NCBI GenBank assembly: GCA_038087875.1
Contig: CM075990.1
Coordinates: 7,318,001-7,382,000, forward strand
DNA from: Malacoraja senta
Lineage: Eukaryota
DNA: 64,000 nt
Reading direction: 5' to 3'
Under the pieces are notes generated by a model. The model did not search any database. It saw only the letters and a list, made by a program, of their open reading frames with translations, and was not told where the DNA came from. Below, piece after piece: positions 24,501 through 38,892 of the stretch (positions are counted from its first letter, which is position 1; each line of letters begins with the position of its first letter). The translations under genes were made by a program, and so were the position numbers.

Positions 24501-26180
24501 GCTATAAAAATGATCTTCTTACCGCAACTACTATATTTATTTCAATTAATTCCGATATATATCCCAAAAAACTTTTTCAAAAAGTCAACTCCATTGTTAC
24601 AAGCTTTATTTGGGATTATAAGAATCATAGAATATGTAAAAAACATTTATGTAAGTCAAAGAGCAACGGAGGTTTGGCTTTGCCAAATTTCATATTTTAT
24701 TTTTGGGCAGTCCATATTAAAAACATGAATTTCTGGCTGGACGAAATGGACCAACAACCAGAATGGTTAAGGATGGAAAAGGAAGACTGTTTACCTTTTG
24801 AAATTGGTTCGATTATATTTGCTCCCACAAAATTGTATAAAAAAACCTATAAGGAAAACCCTATAATACATAGTGGAATACGAATTTGGAAACAATTAAA
24901 AAAGGCTTTAAAATTGAATAATATACCAATATGTCTTCCCATTGTAAATAATCCTCTATTCAAGCCATCCATATTGGATAGAGGTTTTATACAATGGAAA
25001 AATCATGGAATTAAGAGGATTGGACATCTTTATAGGGAAGGCATCTTTCTGTCATTTCAAGAGTTACACCAGAATCATGGACTACACTCAAATAACTTTT
25101 TCAGATATTTACAAATTAGAGATTATGTTAAATCCAATACACAAGTTTATAGGACTAGGGAACCAGAAATTCTTGATGAATGCTTGAATAAGCATCCTAA
25201 CACTGAAAAATTAATAGCTTATATTTATAACATTCTCTTAAATAATGAGGAACCACCGATGGAACTATATAGACATAAATGGGAAAATGAGTTAGGTTAT
25301 CCTATTACGAAAGATATTTGGGACGAAAGTTTACAACACATACATCAATGTTCGTTAAATGCCAGACATGCTTTAATACAATTTAAAGTCTTACACAGAT
25401 TACATTATTCCAAAATAAAACTAAATAGAATTTTCCCACATATTTCTCCTATATGTGATAAATGCCTGCACCTAGAGGCCAATTTAACACATACCTTTGC
25501 AAATTGTATAAAATTAAAAATTACTGGACTGATATTTATCAAATAATCTCTGAAGTTGTTAATACCAAATTGGCTCCAGACTCAAAATTAATAATACTTG
25601 GGATATCAGAACAAAGTTTAACACTCACAACAAGCCAAAGAAACTTCCTTGACTACAGTATAATAACAGGGAAAAATTAATATTAAAATTCTGGAAAGGC
25701 CCTACAACCCCCACAATTAAAATGTGGATTGTGGAAATGTCGGAGACCCTACATCTAGAAAGAATTAGACTTGTCTTAATGGACAAGCAAGAACTTTTTG
25801 TTAAAATATGGGCTCCATTCATTGCCTATTTGAAGGGATAGAGTGGCCCAGCGCGAAAGCTCGACTGAAGCTTGAACTCAGGATTAGATGTAATTATATT
25901 TCACAACCTACGAACTTATCTCCTATGACGTATTATAAGTTATTCATTCCACTTTTTTTTCTTTTTTGATATTGAAATTCTTCTTTCTCTCTCTTCTTTC
26001 TCTCTATTTTTCTTTTTCTATCTATATTAAAAAAAACACTAGAAGCAGAATTAACTGACAATTGACAAATTGAATAATGTATGAATGATTGATGTATATG
26101 AAACGTTTTTTCTTCTATTATAATATGTTACTCTACATTGTAATATGTTTGCTTCTAATAAAAATTTATATCACAAAAGA
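21596..26180 (+). mobile_element. L1-clade LINE, 5'-truncated: inter-ORF spacer, whole ORF2 (disrupted), 3' UTR and polyA signal
   Basis: APE motifs SWNVKG, LQETHL, SRIDYF, SDHAP; RT GCRQGCSLSPLLF and YADF (YADD mutated); C-terminal CxxC..H..C; aataaa at ~26157. Confidence 0.93.
22056..25841 (+). pseudogene. L1 ORF2 (endonuclease + reverse transcriptase) with stops and frameshifts
   Basis: ORF pieces 22056-22352, 22668-23177, 23202-24377, 24483-24728, 24674-25546. Confidence 0.92.
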
Positions 26181-26544
26181 AACGCAGGAATTGATTCATT
26201 GGAGTCGGCATCGTTGAATACAGGGGAAATCCAGTCTCAACGAGGTTTGAGGAGCTAACTTGGAATGTTGATAAAGGCAGGGCAGCAGACATGTGTGGGA
26301 AGGAACTGCAGATGCTGCTTTACACTGATGACAGACACAAAATGCTGGAGTAACTCAGCAGGACAGGCAGCATCTCTGGATGGAAGGAATGGGTGACATT
26401 CTGGGTCGAGAAGCTTCTTCAGCCTGAGAGTCAGGGGAGAAGGAGACACAGAGATAAGGAGGTGTAAGGTGTGAAAACAAGACATCAAAAGAGGTGATGG
26501 TGAAGGAAAATGTAGAATAGATCATTATTAGCCAGGACATAGTT

Positions 26545-27058
26545 TTAAACCGTGCTGACAAAATGTCACACAGTAAGTAGGCTGGTCCAAAAGGTTGGGC
26601 TACATGGGTTCCAAGGTACTTTGACAAATTGGACCAAACATTGGCTTGCTCAAGGGTGTTTCTCTGACTGGTATTGTTACTCATGGTGTTGTGCAGGGAT
26701 CTGTGCTGGAACAAATGTCCGCGCTGTACTTCAATGACTTGGATGAGAATGTAGGCGGGCTGATTGACAAGTTTGCTGACGAGACAAAAATTGTTGGAGT
26801 TGCAGATAGCGAGAGATTTATGAAAGGATAGACATAAATAGATCTGTGGAAAGTTGAGCAGAGCAGTGGCAGATGGAATTTAATCCAGGCAAGTGTGAGG
26901 TAATGCACTTTGGGATGACAAATACTGACAGGATTGTAAATAACATGAAATTCCAATAAGTTTCATGTATAGACAAACCTTGGGGTACAAATTCATAGCT
27001 TCCAGAAAATGGTGGCACATGTGGATAGGTTTGTGATAGTAGGCATGTTTAATGCTAC
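26545..27058 (+). mobile_element. Old CR1 RT-core fragment
   Basis: GVVQGSVL..FNDLD..KFADETK in ORF 26646-26831. Confidence 0.8.
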
Positions 27059-27192
27059 AAATCTCTCCCTGTCTCTCCCTGTCTCTCTCTGTCTCTCCCT
27101 GTCTCTGCCTGTCTCTGCCTGTCTCTGCTTGTCTCACTCCCTCTCTCCCTGTCTCTCTCTCTGTCTGTCTCTGTCTCTCTGTCTCTGTCTCT

Positions 27193-28100
<908 letters not shown>

Positions 28101-28169
28101 TCTCTCCCTCTGTCTCTTTCTCTCTGTCTCTCTCTCTCACTGTATCTCTCTCTCTGCCTCTCTCTGTCT

Positions 28170-28445
28170 CTCCCTGTCTCACCCCCTCTCTCACCCCTGT
28201 CTCACTCCCTGTCTCACTCCCTGTCTCACTCCCTGTCTCACCCCCTCTCTCACCCCTGTCTCACTCCCTGTCTCACTCCCTGTCTCACTCCCTGTCTCAC
28301 TCCCTGTCTCACTCCCTGTCTCACTCCCTGTCTCACTCCCTGTCTCACTCCCTGCCTCACCCCCTCTCTCACCCTGGTCTCACTCCGTCTCACTCCCTGT
28401 CTCACTCCCTGTCTCTCCGTCTCACTCCCTGTCACTCCCTGTCTG
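28170..28445. repeat. 12-bp tandem repeat (ctgtctcactcc)n
   Basis: Directly visible. Confidence 0.95.
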
Positions 28446-28954
28446 ACATACTCTGCATGCCTCATTGTCACCTTCACAGCCAACAATGAACCATTCTACA
28501 TTTCTTTGATCATTGCCTTTGATCTGTCCTTTTCACACATTACATTCTCTTTGTACCCTTCCATATCTCTAGTTTCCCACTCTCATGACTCTTGGTCTGA
28601 AGAAGGGTTTCGACCAGAAACGAAATTCATTCCTTCTCTCCACAGATGCTGCACGTCCCGCTGAGTTACTCTAGCATTTTCTATCTGTCTTTAATTGAGT
28701 GTAAGCGTTGGGATGTCATGTCACAGTTGTACACAACATTGGTCACGACTCGCTGGGAGTATTGTACACACTTTGGTCACCACACTATAGGAAGGATGTG
28801 ATTTAGGAAATAGTGCAGAAGAAATTCACCAGGATGTCGCCTGGAGACACACGCGCGCAAACACTAATGTACATGCAAGGCGACAGAAACACATGCACAC
28901 AGTTAAAAGTCCATGTAACTACCTTGTTGGAAGAGACTGATAATAAAAAACGAA

Positions 28955-29572
28955 AGGGCCTGTCCCACTTAGGCGATTTTTTAGGCGACTACAGGCGACT
29001 AGGCTGTCGCCACATGGTCGCGGGGTGACGCCTGTATGGTCGTGAGTTGTCTCCTCAAGTCGCCTAAAGAGTCATAACTTTTTTCTTGTCGCCGCCGAAT
29101 TTTGAAAAGTTCAAAATCTTTCGGCGACTGTGGGGTTGACGTGGCTTGTCTTCTCCTGTCGTAGGTTGTTGCCAGGATGACGCAGGTTGTCGCCACGGTG
29201 ACGTAGGTTGTCGCCTGTGTGATCATAGGTCACACAGGCGACATCAACGGCGACAGGTACCGGCGACTGAATTGTCTTCAGTTGTCTCCAACAGGGTCGT
29301 AGCTTGTCGCAGGTGGACATAGGTTGACTTCGGTTGACTTCGGTTGTCGCCTGTGTGATCATAGGTTGTCGTAGGTGTGGTCGTAGGTGGACGTCCTAAT
29401 GGGTCGCCGGTTGTCGGTAGCTTGCCGTACCTTGACATCGACTAGGTGATAGGTTGTCGTAGATATTGTCGTGGGGGGGGGGGGGTCCGGTTGCCGTTTT
29501 TTCGGCGACCTGCTACGACTGTGACTGTCGCTGGCAGTCGCCGAAAAAAATCGCCTAAGTGGGACAGGCCCT
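28955..29572. mobile_element. Harbinger-like MITE
   Basis: TIR agggcctgtcccacttaggcgattttt at both ends; interior of repeated gtcgcc/ggcgac/aggttgtcg motifs; flanks gaa/taa. Confidence 0.8.
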
Positions 29573-32041
29573 TAAGTACCAGACATCGGCCTTGCACAAA
29601 TGCTGACTTTCTCCTGGCATGACTGTAATGAGAACTACAGTACAATGAGCCAAATTTAATTCCTCTAGTGCAGCTTATGAGAAGGAAAATGATCGGTACA
29701 AGACCGTGTTTTACAAGGCAGGACATAACTGTCCTTTGGATAATGAAGCTTTGAAATGCGAACAGCGGGAAGACGATCATTGAACATTCCGCCCTTTAGC
29801 CCTTGGAAGGAGCTGCCTTGGATATGAGTTTGAATCCTTCTGGGGGAATTTAAACCCAAGCAATTTAAATCCATGCTAAATAAAAAGCTGGTAATTAAGA
29901 AGCTTTATTAAGAATGGTGACCATGAAACAACTGAATAACCATAAAATCCCATCTGGTTTACCAACGTCACTGTGTTACAGAGAGACGTATCAAGGAAAC
30001 AGGCTATTTGGCTCACTAAATCCATGCTGACTATTACAAATATTGATACTTTAATGTGCCCCTGAACCATTGTCCCCACATTTAGGTTAACTGCCCTGTA
30101 GATTCTCATTCACTCTCCCACTCTCTCAGTCACTGGGAGAAATTTTCAGCTGCGAGTTAAACAGCCAAGCTGCAAATTTTCTTGCAAGGCGAAGGGAGGA
30201 AACCGGAGCGCCCGGGGGAAACCCATGCAGTGGCAGGCAAAACACGCACACTCCACACAGACAGCGGCCCGAGGTCAGGAGTGAACCCAGTTGCAGGTCC
30301 AACAATATGAAAACCCCATGACTCAGGTCAGCAGCTTCTTCTGAAGAAGGGTCCCAACTGGAAACGTCGCTTTCCCATTCCCCCCACCGTTGTCGTTGAC
30401 CCATTGAGTTCCTCCAGCACTCTGTGTTTAGATCCAAGATCCCAGCGTCTGCAGTACCTTGTGTCAGCAGCTTCTTGTACTAATATGGGGCATATCAATC
30501 CTATCCGCCTTTTCCTACAGTCTGCTTCCTGCCATGACTATCTGGACCAGTCATGAAACATTGGAAGAATAGATTAATGACTTAAGAGTCATAAACCATA
30601 ATATCAGTCGGCGGTTTCACAGATTTATCAACGAGAAAATATACAACATCCTTCTTTACAGCAGCGCTTGTTTGTGAGAAATATTCTTATTTTTTCCCCT
30701 GATATTTTGTAATGTGGATTCTCCAATCATTTTCGGCCTGGTGTGTGTGTGTGTGTGCAGTTTTATTTATTCATCAGGGAATGTGCTCATAGTCATAGAG
30801 AGATACAGTGTGGAAACAGGCCCTTCGGCCCAACTTGCCCACACCGGCCAACCTGCCCCATCTACACTAGACCCACCTGCCTGCATCCGGCCCATACCCC
30901 TCTAAACCTGCCCTATCCATGTACCTGTCTAATTGTTTCTTAAAAGTTACGATAGTCCCTGCCTCAACTCCCTCCTCCGGCAGCTCGTTCCACACACCCA
31001 CCACTCTTTGTGTGAAAAGTTATTTGGACATTAATGGTAACGTCACCCAGATGCCATTGGAGGTAGTTGAGGCAGGTATTGCTGCAACATTTATTGCTCA
31101 TCCCTAACAGCCCTTGAACTATGATAGCAGTCAATCACATTGGTGAGAAGAGAGTCCCAGAGTAGGGAAGGGCAGTGGATTACTATCGCTGAAGGGTATG
31201 AGCAAAGCAGATGGAGTTTTATGACAATCTGGTTGTTAATACTACTGAGATTGGTTTTGTTTTAACTGCTTGATGCCTTCTTGCATTACCTCCAGGTGAG
31301 TTGACGGCAAAGTATTGAAGGAAGAACACAGTAGCTGACTCAGTTGACAGAGGAGCAACTCAGACCAGGGGATCTGAGGTTTGAAGGGTCCCGACCAAAA
31401 ACGTCACCGATCCATGTCCTCCAGGGATGCTGCCTGACCCGCTGAGTCACTCCAGCACTTTTGTGGATGTTAACTTTGTTGGTTAGCTAATTTTTGACCA
31501 CGGCTGAAAATAGCACTGTGGATATTGGGATGGGAGCAGATGGAGATAATGATTCGATTCAATTCAATGATATTTATTGTTATCTTGGGACAGTGAAATG
31601 CTTTGTTTTGCATACAACCTGGTAACATCATACAGCGGACCTCACCTGGGCAGTGCACAAGTGTCGACATGCTTGGCAAAGTTAGAAAAGTTCACCGAAC
31701 AATCCTTTCTACTGCCTGCCGCTGCACTTGGCAGCAGCCCCCCTGTCAGGTCCCCCTCCGTTCTCAGTGCCCCCCCACCCTGGACCCTCGTCCTTGGCGA
31801 CCCTCCACTGGGAAGCTTTTGGTGCCCCTCCACGCTCTCCGACGGTCCCCCCCTCTCTCTGACGTCCCTTCTCGCTCAGTGGAAATCATGCCCCAATCAT
31901 GCATTAACCAGCCAATGTTTACCATGTGAAGCCGCATCAGAAGGATGGGCATGTGTAATAGTGTGCCGGAGGTCACCACATCAGCATCACTTGTACAGCA
32001 ATCTACCGATGCCTCGTTGCAACTTCAGGAATGGAAGGTTA

Positions 32042-32165
32042 AGGGCCTGTCCCACTTGGGCGTCATTTGGGCATCACGCAGATGGCGCGAAGATTTTATA
32101 CATCCCAAAATCCTGGGGCGCCGAGCGTCACTGCCTACGTCACCATGTACCATACACACGTAATG
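32042..32165. mobile_element. Truncated Harbinger-like MITE (left end, same subfamily as 53420)
   Basis: tta + agggcctgtcccacttggg...cacgcagatggcgcg. Confidence 0.7.
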
Positions 32166-32859
32166 TCCAACCTTCACAAAACAACAACCAACAGCTATAA
32201 GGTAACCAAAGAGCAGAATTCCAACAGTCATGCCCACCAACACTACAAGGCTCTGTATTGAGAACCCTAACCTAATTGTTACCTGGAGGATTCAAGTCAA
32301 AGAAATAATGAAATAGTGGCTTGTTAACAGGAGACAGAGGGTCACATTGTGATTCGATACCTGTATCCACTGGAGTAACACAGGGATTAGTATTGGGACC
32401 TTTACTATTTGTTATATACTTTAACAAATTGGAAGCTAATGTACAGTAGGAGGTGTGTTTGCAAATTTGCAGATAACACAGAAATAGTTGGGGTTGTGAA
32501 TAGGATCATGTATGATATTGTAATCATGTATTGTCTTTCTGCTGACTGGTTAACACACAAACTAAAAAAGCTTTTCACTGTACCTCGGAACACGTGACAA
32601 TGAACTAAACTAAACTAATGGATGAGGTTTTTGGGGTTTAGAAAGATCTTGATCAGCTGGTTAGTTAGGGACAGCAATGGCAGATGGAATCCAGAACAGA
32701 CAAGTATAAAGTGTAGATAGACACTAAAAGCTGGAGTAACTCGGCGGGACAGGCAGCATCACTGGAGAGAAGGAATGGGTGATGTTTCGGGTCGAGACCC
32801 TTTCTGTAAAGTGTTGCATTTTAAGAGTAGGATATATACCACGAATGGTCAGGCACTGT

Positions 32860-33172
32860 GGGCAGTCACGGTGGCGCAGTGGTGGAGTTGCTGCCTTACA
32901 GCGCTTGCAGGACCAGAGACCTGGGTTCGTTCCTGACTATGGGTGCTGTCTGTAGGGAGTTTGTACGTTCTCCCCGTGGCTTTTCTCAGAGATCTTCGGT
33001 TTCCTCCCACACTCAAAAGACGTACAGGTTTGTAAGTTAATTAGCTTGGTACAAGTGTGAATTGTCCCTAGTGCGTGTAGGATTGTGTTGATGTGTGGGG
33101 ATAGCTGGGCGGTGCGGACTCGGTGGGCCGAAGGGCCTGTTTCTATGCTGTATCTCTAAAAAAGAAACTAAA
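32860..33172 (+). mobile_element. HE1-type tRNA-derived SINE
   Basis: A box ggtggcgcagtgg, B box gggttcgttcc, tail gggccgaagggcctgtttctatgctgtatctctaaa. Confidence 0.85.
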
Positions 33173-34041
33173 CACTGAAGTGTGTTGAGGAACAAAGGAA
33201 CAAAGGACGTCCAAAGATTCCTGGAAGTGACAGTAAATAGACAACATAGTAAACACAGCCTTCATGAGCCAGAGTATAGATTATCAGTGGTACACAAAAA
33301 TGCTGGAGAAACTCAGCGGGTGCAGCAGCATCTATGGAGCGAAGGAAACAGGCAACGTTTCGGGCCGAAACCCTTCTTCAGACCGATAGATTATCAGTGT
33401 ATGGCAGTTATGTTACAGCTTTATAAGGGGGACAAAGGGGGACCCAGTGTGAGGGGACACTCTAGTTTTAGAATCCTCTGCCCAGGGGATAAGCCTGCGT
33501 TTGTTTGTTTGTACGTTCGTTCCGGTTAAGGCGCTGTGCACACGGCAGCCAGCCAACAGTCGCTTGTCTTTTTATTTTTTGTTTTCACTTTAAATTTAAT
33601 TTTAACTTCAAGTTTTCGTGAACCTTGTTGTGCGTTGTGGCTGTTGGCAGACCAATTTCCCTCCGTATCCTATCATATCGTATTAAGGCCACAATTAAAA
33701 TATGGTACCTCAGTGGAAGGTGCAGCGTAGGTTCACCTGGACGTTGCCTGGGATGGTGAATTTTAGTTATGAGGACAGGGTGGATAGACTGGTCATGTTT
33801 ACCTTGGATCAGAGAAAGCCATGAGGGAACTGAGAGAGGAGTACAAAATCAAGAGGGGGGGGAGGCAGAGGTAGGGTAAACTGTTCTCAATGGCAGGTAC
33901 CTGTAACCAGAAGCCAGATGTTTGAGGTAAGGAGTAAAAGAGGTATAAAGGTAATAAAATGATTTTTTTTCCCAGCCAGATGGTGGTTGCATTTTGGAAT
34001 TCACTGCCTGAGAGAGTGAAAGGGGCAGAGATCATCACTAA

Positions 34042-34494
34042 AGGGCCTGTCCCACTTGGCCGTCATTTGCGCCTCATTTACGCGTCATATATAAAATAGG
34101 TCGACACAGCCGTGCGCGTGTCGTCATTAGAATATCGTGCGGCGTGCGGCGACACATGGTTTCGGACGTTGACGCACGGTGACGTAACCATGCGTCACCA
34201 CACGATACACGTGAGACGTCGGGACGCCAGTGTGCGACGCCAATGTGTCAGCGTGCGTAGCCAATGCGTCAGCGTGCATACACGACACGTCACGCAGGGG
34301 GCACGTGAGGATTTCGTTACACTACGAAATCCTGGAGCGCTGCGCGATACCGCGCGCCACCGCATGCGATTCCACGCCTCACCATGCGCAATGCGTGCGT
34401 CACCCACGCGCACCCCACGCGTCACGAATCGTCGACCTATTTTACATATGACGCGTAAATGAGGCGCAAATGAAGGCCAAGTGGGACAGGCCCT
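34042..34494. mobile_element. Harbinger-like MITE with ~64-bp TIRs
   Basis: Long near-perfect TIRs (2 mismatches), flanks taa/tta, very CpG-dense interior. Confidence 0.82.
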
Positions 34495-35717
34495 TTACTA
34501 AACATCTAGTTTAGAGACACTACATGGAAGCAGTCTGTTCAGCAAACTGAATCCACACCGAACATTCATTATACGACTAGACCCATTATTAGACCCGTTC
34601 ACACTAGTTCTATTTTATTCCACTATCTCACCTATTTCCTAAACATTAAGAGTAATTTTTAGAGAGGCCAATTAACCTACAAGCCCGCACAGAATTAAAG
34701 GACATTCTTTTAGGAAGGAGATGAGGAGACATTTATTTAGAAAGAGGGTGGTGAATCTGTGGAATTCTTTGCCACAGAAGGCTGTGGAGGCCAAGTCAGT
34801 GGATATTTTTATGGCAGAGATAGATAGATTCTTAATTAGTACAGGTGTCAGAGGTTTTGGGGCGAAGGCAGGAGAATGGGGTGAGGAGGGGGAGATAGAT
34901 CAGCCAAGATTGAATGGCAGAGTAGACTTGATGGGCCGAATGGCTTAATTCTACTCCTATTTCTTATGACAGTTACAAATACAGTTTAGTTTATTGTCAC
35001 ATGTGCTGAGGTGCAGTGAAAAGCTTTTATTTTTACTTCTTTGGGACGGGAAGAAACCCAAGCACTGATAGTAGAAAACCACACGTTCACAGGGAGAACA
35101 TGCAAACTCCACACAGGCAGCACCTGAGGTCTGGATTGAATCCAGATCTCTAACACTTTGCGGCAGCAGCTCCATCAGCTGTGCCACTTGAGGAAGCATT
35201 TTAACACAGGAATAACTATAGACCAAATACGAGGGAAAGGCGAATAGCATAACAGGATAGTCAACAGTTCATTTCTACAGGGTGGCCAGATGGACCCATC
35301 TCTGAGCTGTATGAGCTCTACGTCCGTGAGATTTTAATATCAATTCACTGACCTGGAGAGGAGCTGATAACATGTCAACTGACTCAACAACACCCTGTGC
35401 AGCAAACTCGCCACAGTCACAGTATGCAAGACTCCATTGGCAGTCTCTGTCAGAAGTGCAGGATGTTTGCAAAAGGCACAGCTAATGAGGGCTGGGTCAG
35501 TTGGAGCAGCTGGGAGCTGGAGCAGGAGAGCGGGGCTTTTAACGAGGGCAGGGTCACTTGGGGCAGCTGGAGGCAATTAGCCCCCCAATGTGACAGCTCC
35601 TGGGGGCGCACGGGAGGCAGAAACCCAGGCACGGGTGGAGTGACCGCGTGGAGGTGAAATCCTTAACCAAGGGTAAGTCCAGGAATGAGTAGGTTAAGCT
35701 ATGATGCGCGTTTGTCG

Positions 35718-36120
35718 GCACTGAGCCTGTGCTCACTGGAGTTTGGAAGAATGAGGGGGCCCTTATTGAAACATACAGAATAGTGAAAGGCTTGGATACA
35801 GTGGATGTGGAGAGGATGTTTCCACTAGTTGGAGAGCCTCGGACTAGAGGTCATAGCGTCAGAATTAAAGGACGTTCATTTGGGAAGGAGATGAGGAGAT
35901 TTCTTTAGTCAGGGGTTGGTGAATCTGTGGAATTCTTTGCCACAGAAGGCTGTGGAGATCAAGTCAGTGGATATTTTTAAGGCAGAGATAGATAGATTCT
36001 AGAGGTGTCAGAGGTTATGGGGAGAAGGCAGCAGAATGGGATTAGGAGTGAGAGATAGATCAGCCATGATTGAATGGCGGAGTAGACTTAATGGGCCAAA
36101 TTCTACTCCCATCCTTATGT
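35718..36120 (+). mobile_element. CR1 LINE 3' fragment
   Basis: Similar to the other CR1 3' ends here (ggtgaatctgtggaattctttgccacagaaggctgtggag...). Confidence 0.82.
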
Positions 36121-37299
36121 CCTTGAATGGAATTAACTTAGATGGGGCATCTTTGTCTGCATGGACAAGTTGGGCTGAAGGGCCTGCTCCGTGCGGTATG
36201 ACTCTATGACCATAACAATGCACTGCTGTCCCAATAATTGATGGATGCAGGAAGAACATTCTCTTTTAACCTCGCAACCTCCGACATCCATGAAGCCAGC
36301 AACGTCTCCATCACCTTCCGCCTTAAGATCATCGGTGACTCTAATGGAATCCCTTACCTTGCAATCTCTAACATCCATGAAGCCAGCAATGGCTTCACTA
36401 TACACGGGCTCCAGTCCTTAAAGAGTTCTCTGCAGAAACTGGAGAAAGAATACAAGGGGAACAGAGAGCAATAGAGACCATTTTTCCTATTTGCCGGGAG
36501 CATGTAATTAAATATCCCCGTGAGGATTGATCACCATTCAGGCACAGTCCTCTCCACAAATTAAATAAATGCTGCATTTGGAGGAACAGCAGCTAGCTGT
36601 TATTATCAGATCAGAGTCAAGGATCCCTGACAATAAGGGAGCTGAGGATTTGTTTTTTCAGCAGCCCATTTTATGAATTGTTTTTATGACATACACAATC
36701 ACATCTTGCTCTCTCTGTTCTCAGCTTATTTCCACTGGTTTTATATCGGTATTTTATGTGGGAGATGAGATAAAAATGAATTTGCTCAGATGATGTGATC
36801 ATCCGTCTAGAATTTGAAGCGATGGTGGAAATAATGAAAGCAAAAATATTATGTTGGGCAGGTCTTGCTGGAAACAATCGCTGAAGACTGACTAAAACTA
36901 TACAGTGTTCTCCACCTCCCGATATCACGTTTGTCCACGAATACCTTATCTTTCGATGCTTTTGGTGCCCAAAAATGTCTTGACCTTGGCTTTGGATGCA
37001 CTAAATCAGCAGCCACACCTTTCTGGGTGGAGAATTCCTGAGATCTATGGTAAGTAAACGTCAGTATTCTTTTAGGCAACGTTTCGGGCCGAAACCCTTC
37101 CTCAGGTTTCGGCCCGAAACGTCGCCTATTTCCTTCGCTCCATCGATGCTGCCTCACCCGCTGAGTTTCTCCAGCATTTTTGTCTACCTTCGATTTTCCA
37201 GCATCTGCAGTTCTTTCTTGAACATCAGTATTCTTTTCCCTGCAATGGTAAGTACAACGGGATACTGGGAGTTCAAGTTCATATTTCCCTGAAAGTGGC

Positions 37300-37870
37300 A
37301 ACACAAATACAGTGGTTAAAAAGGCTTGTAATATGTTTGCCTTCATCAATCAGGGGATTGAGTATCAGAGCCAGGAGACGTGTTGCAGCTTTATAGGACT
37401 TTGGTTAGGCTGCGTTTGGAGTATTGTGTGCAGTTCTGGTCGTCCCATTACTGGAAAATTGTGGAGGCTTTAGGAGAGGATTCAGAAAAGATTTACCATA
37501 ATGCTGCCTAGATTAGAGGGCATTAGCTATGAGGAGAGGTTGGTCAAACTTGCGTTGTTTTCAGAAGCTGAGAAGACAACTGATAGAAGTATATAAAATT
37601 GAGAGGTGTAGACAGTCACCAAAATGTCGAATATTTAAAATGCACCTCCTTAAAACCAGAGGGATAGATGGACAAGTTTATTTTTTACACACACTGAGCA
37701 TTGGATGCCTGGAATATGTTATTAGAGGTGGTGGTGGAGGCAGATGTGATGGTGGCATTTAAGGGACTATTAGATGGAATTGAATGGAGGGATATGGACC
37801 ATATGGAGGCAGAGGAGATAAGCGTAACTTGGCATTATGTTCCTGTGCTGCGCTTTTCTATGTTCTATGA
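37300..37870 (+). mobile_element. Degraded CR1 LINE 3' fragment
   Basis: 'gagtattgtgtgcagttctggtcg' (EYCVQFWS) and downstream CR1 motifs. Confidence 0.78.
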
Positions 37871-38346
37871 CCATGTCTATCCCTCCCAAGGTTTAGAGGA
37901 TGTTGTCCGGATGTGTGAATAACCTATAGAATTGCGGTAAGATCTCAACGGAAAGAGTATCCCAGGGAGTTCAGTATTTCAATTTTGTGCAAAGGTCAGT
38001 GTGTTATAAGAGGTCAAGGAAAGAGCGTTCACGTCGCGGCCCTGTTTCCAACAATCTTTCCACCACCACGCACAAGAAGCACAAGAAGCACAAGACAGAC
38101 ACCATTGTATGTAGATGCAGAGAAGTTTGTTCAACTCTGGCTGAACAACTTCTAAACTTGGGTGTGGACTCGATAAGGAGAAGTGTGTTATATGAAGCAT
38201 TGATGTTCTGGTCTTTACAAATCCTACATATCAGCAGAGAAGCCGAGTGTAGTTACTGATGGACACAGACACATTCCTGTACCTCTTATGTGCATTCATC
38301 TGCTGTTTTGGGATCATCAGGTTGAATATGAGAATCACTCTCATAT

Positions 38347-38665
38347 TTTAGACTTTAGAGATACAGCACGGAACAGGCTCTTCAGCCCACCGATTTCGCG
38401 CCGACCAGCAATCACCCCACACACTAGCACAATCCTGCACACTGGGGATATTTTACAATTTTACTGAAGCCAATTTACCTAGTAAAAAACTGCTCGCCTT
38501 TGGAGCGTGGGGAGAAGCGTGGAGCGTGCATGCGATGAAAATCCACGCTGGTCAACGGTAGAACGTACAATCTCCATACAGATAGTACCCCTAGTCAGGA
38601 TCGAACCCGGTACGATCTCTGGCGCTGTAAAGCAGCAACTCTACCACTCCGACACTCTGCCACCC
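38347..38665 (-). mobile_element. HE1-type SINE
   Basis: Reverse complement of the SINE at 63247. Confidence 0.8.
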
Positions 38666-38892
38666 TATATCTCAGACCAATGGTGATGATCCAATTAGGC
38701 GAGTTGGCTGAACATTTTTGTGTCATTCATATTGATACAGAACTAATTATTATGTTTCCAGGATGTCATTGTCTTCCCATGTGTCAATAAATGGTTTATA
38801 TGCACATGGTGGCAAAATATAATTTGGTTATCTTGGTATTGGAGACAGATCATAGGCTCAGGAGTCCATTGAAAGATTCTACAGCATCCTAA

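Noticed and set aside
29669..29783. Plus-strand frame AAYEKENDRYKTVFYK after tcctctag
   Set aside because: No canonical donor before the stop and no recognisable homology
31577..32200. 207-aa ORF and an apparent CAG/gtgagg donor at ~31645 (minus)
   Set aside because: The region runs into a repeat 3' tail (aaacaaagcatttcactgt) and a MITE end; no recognisable protein
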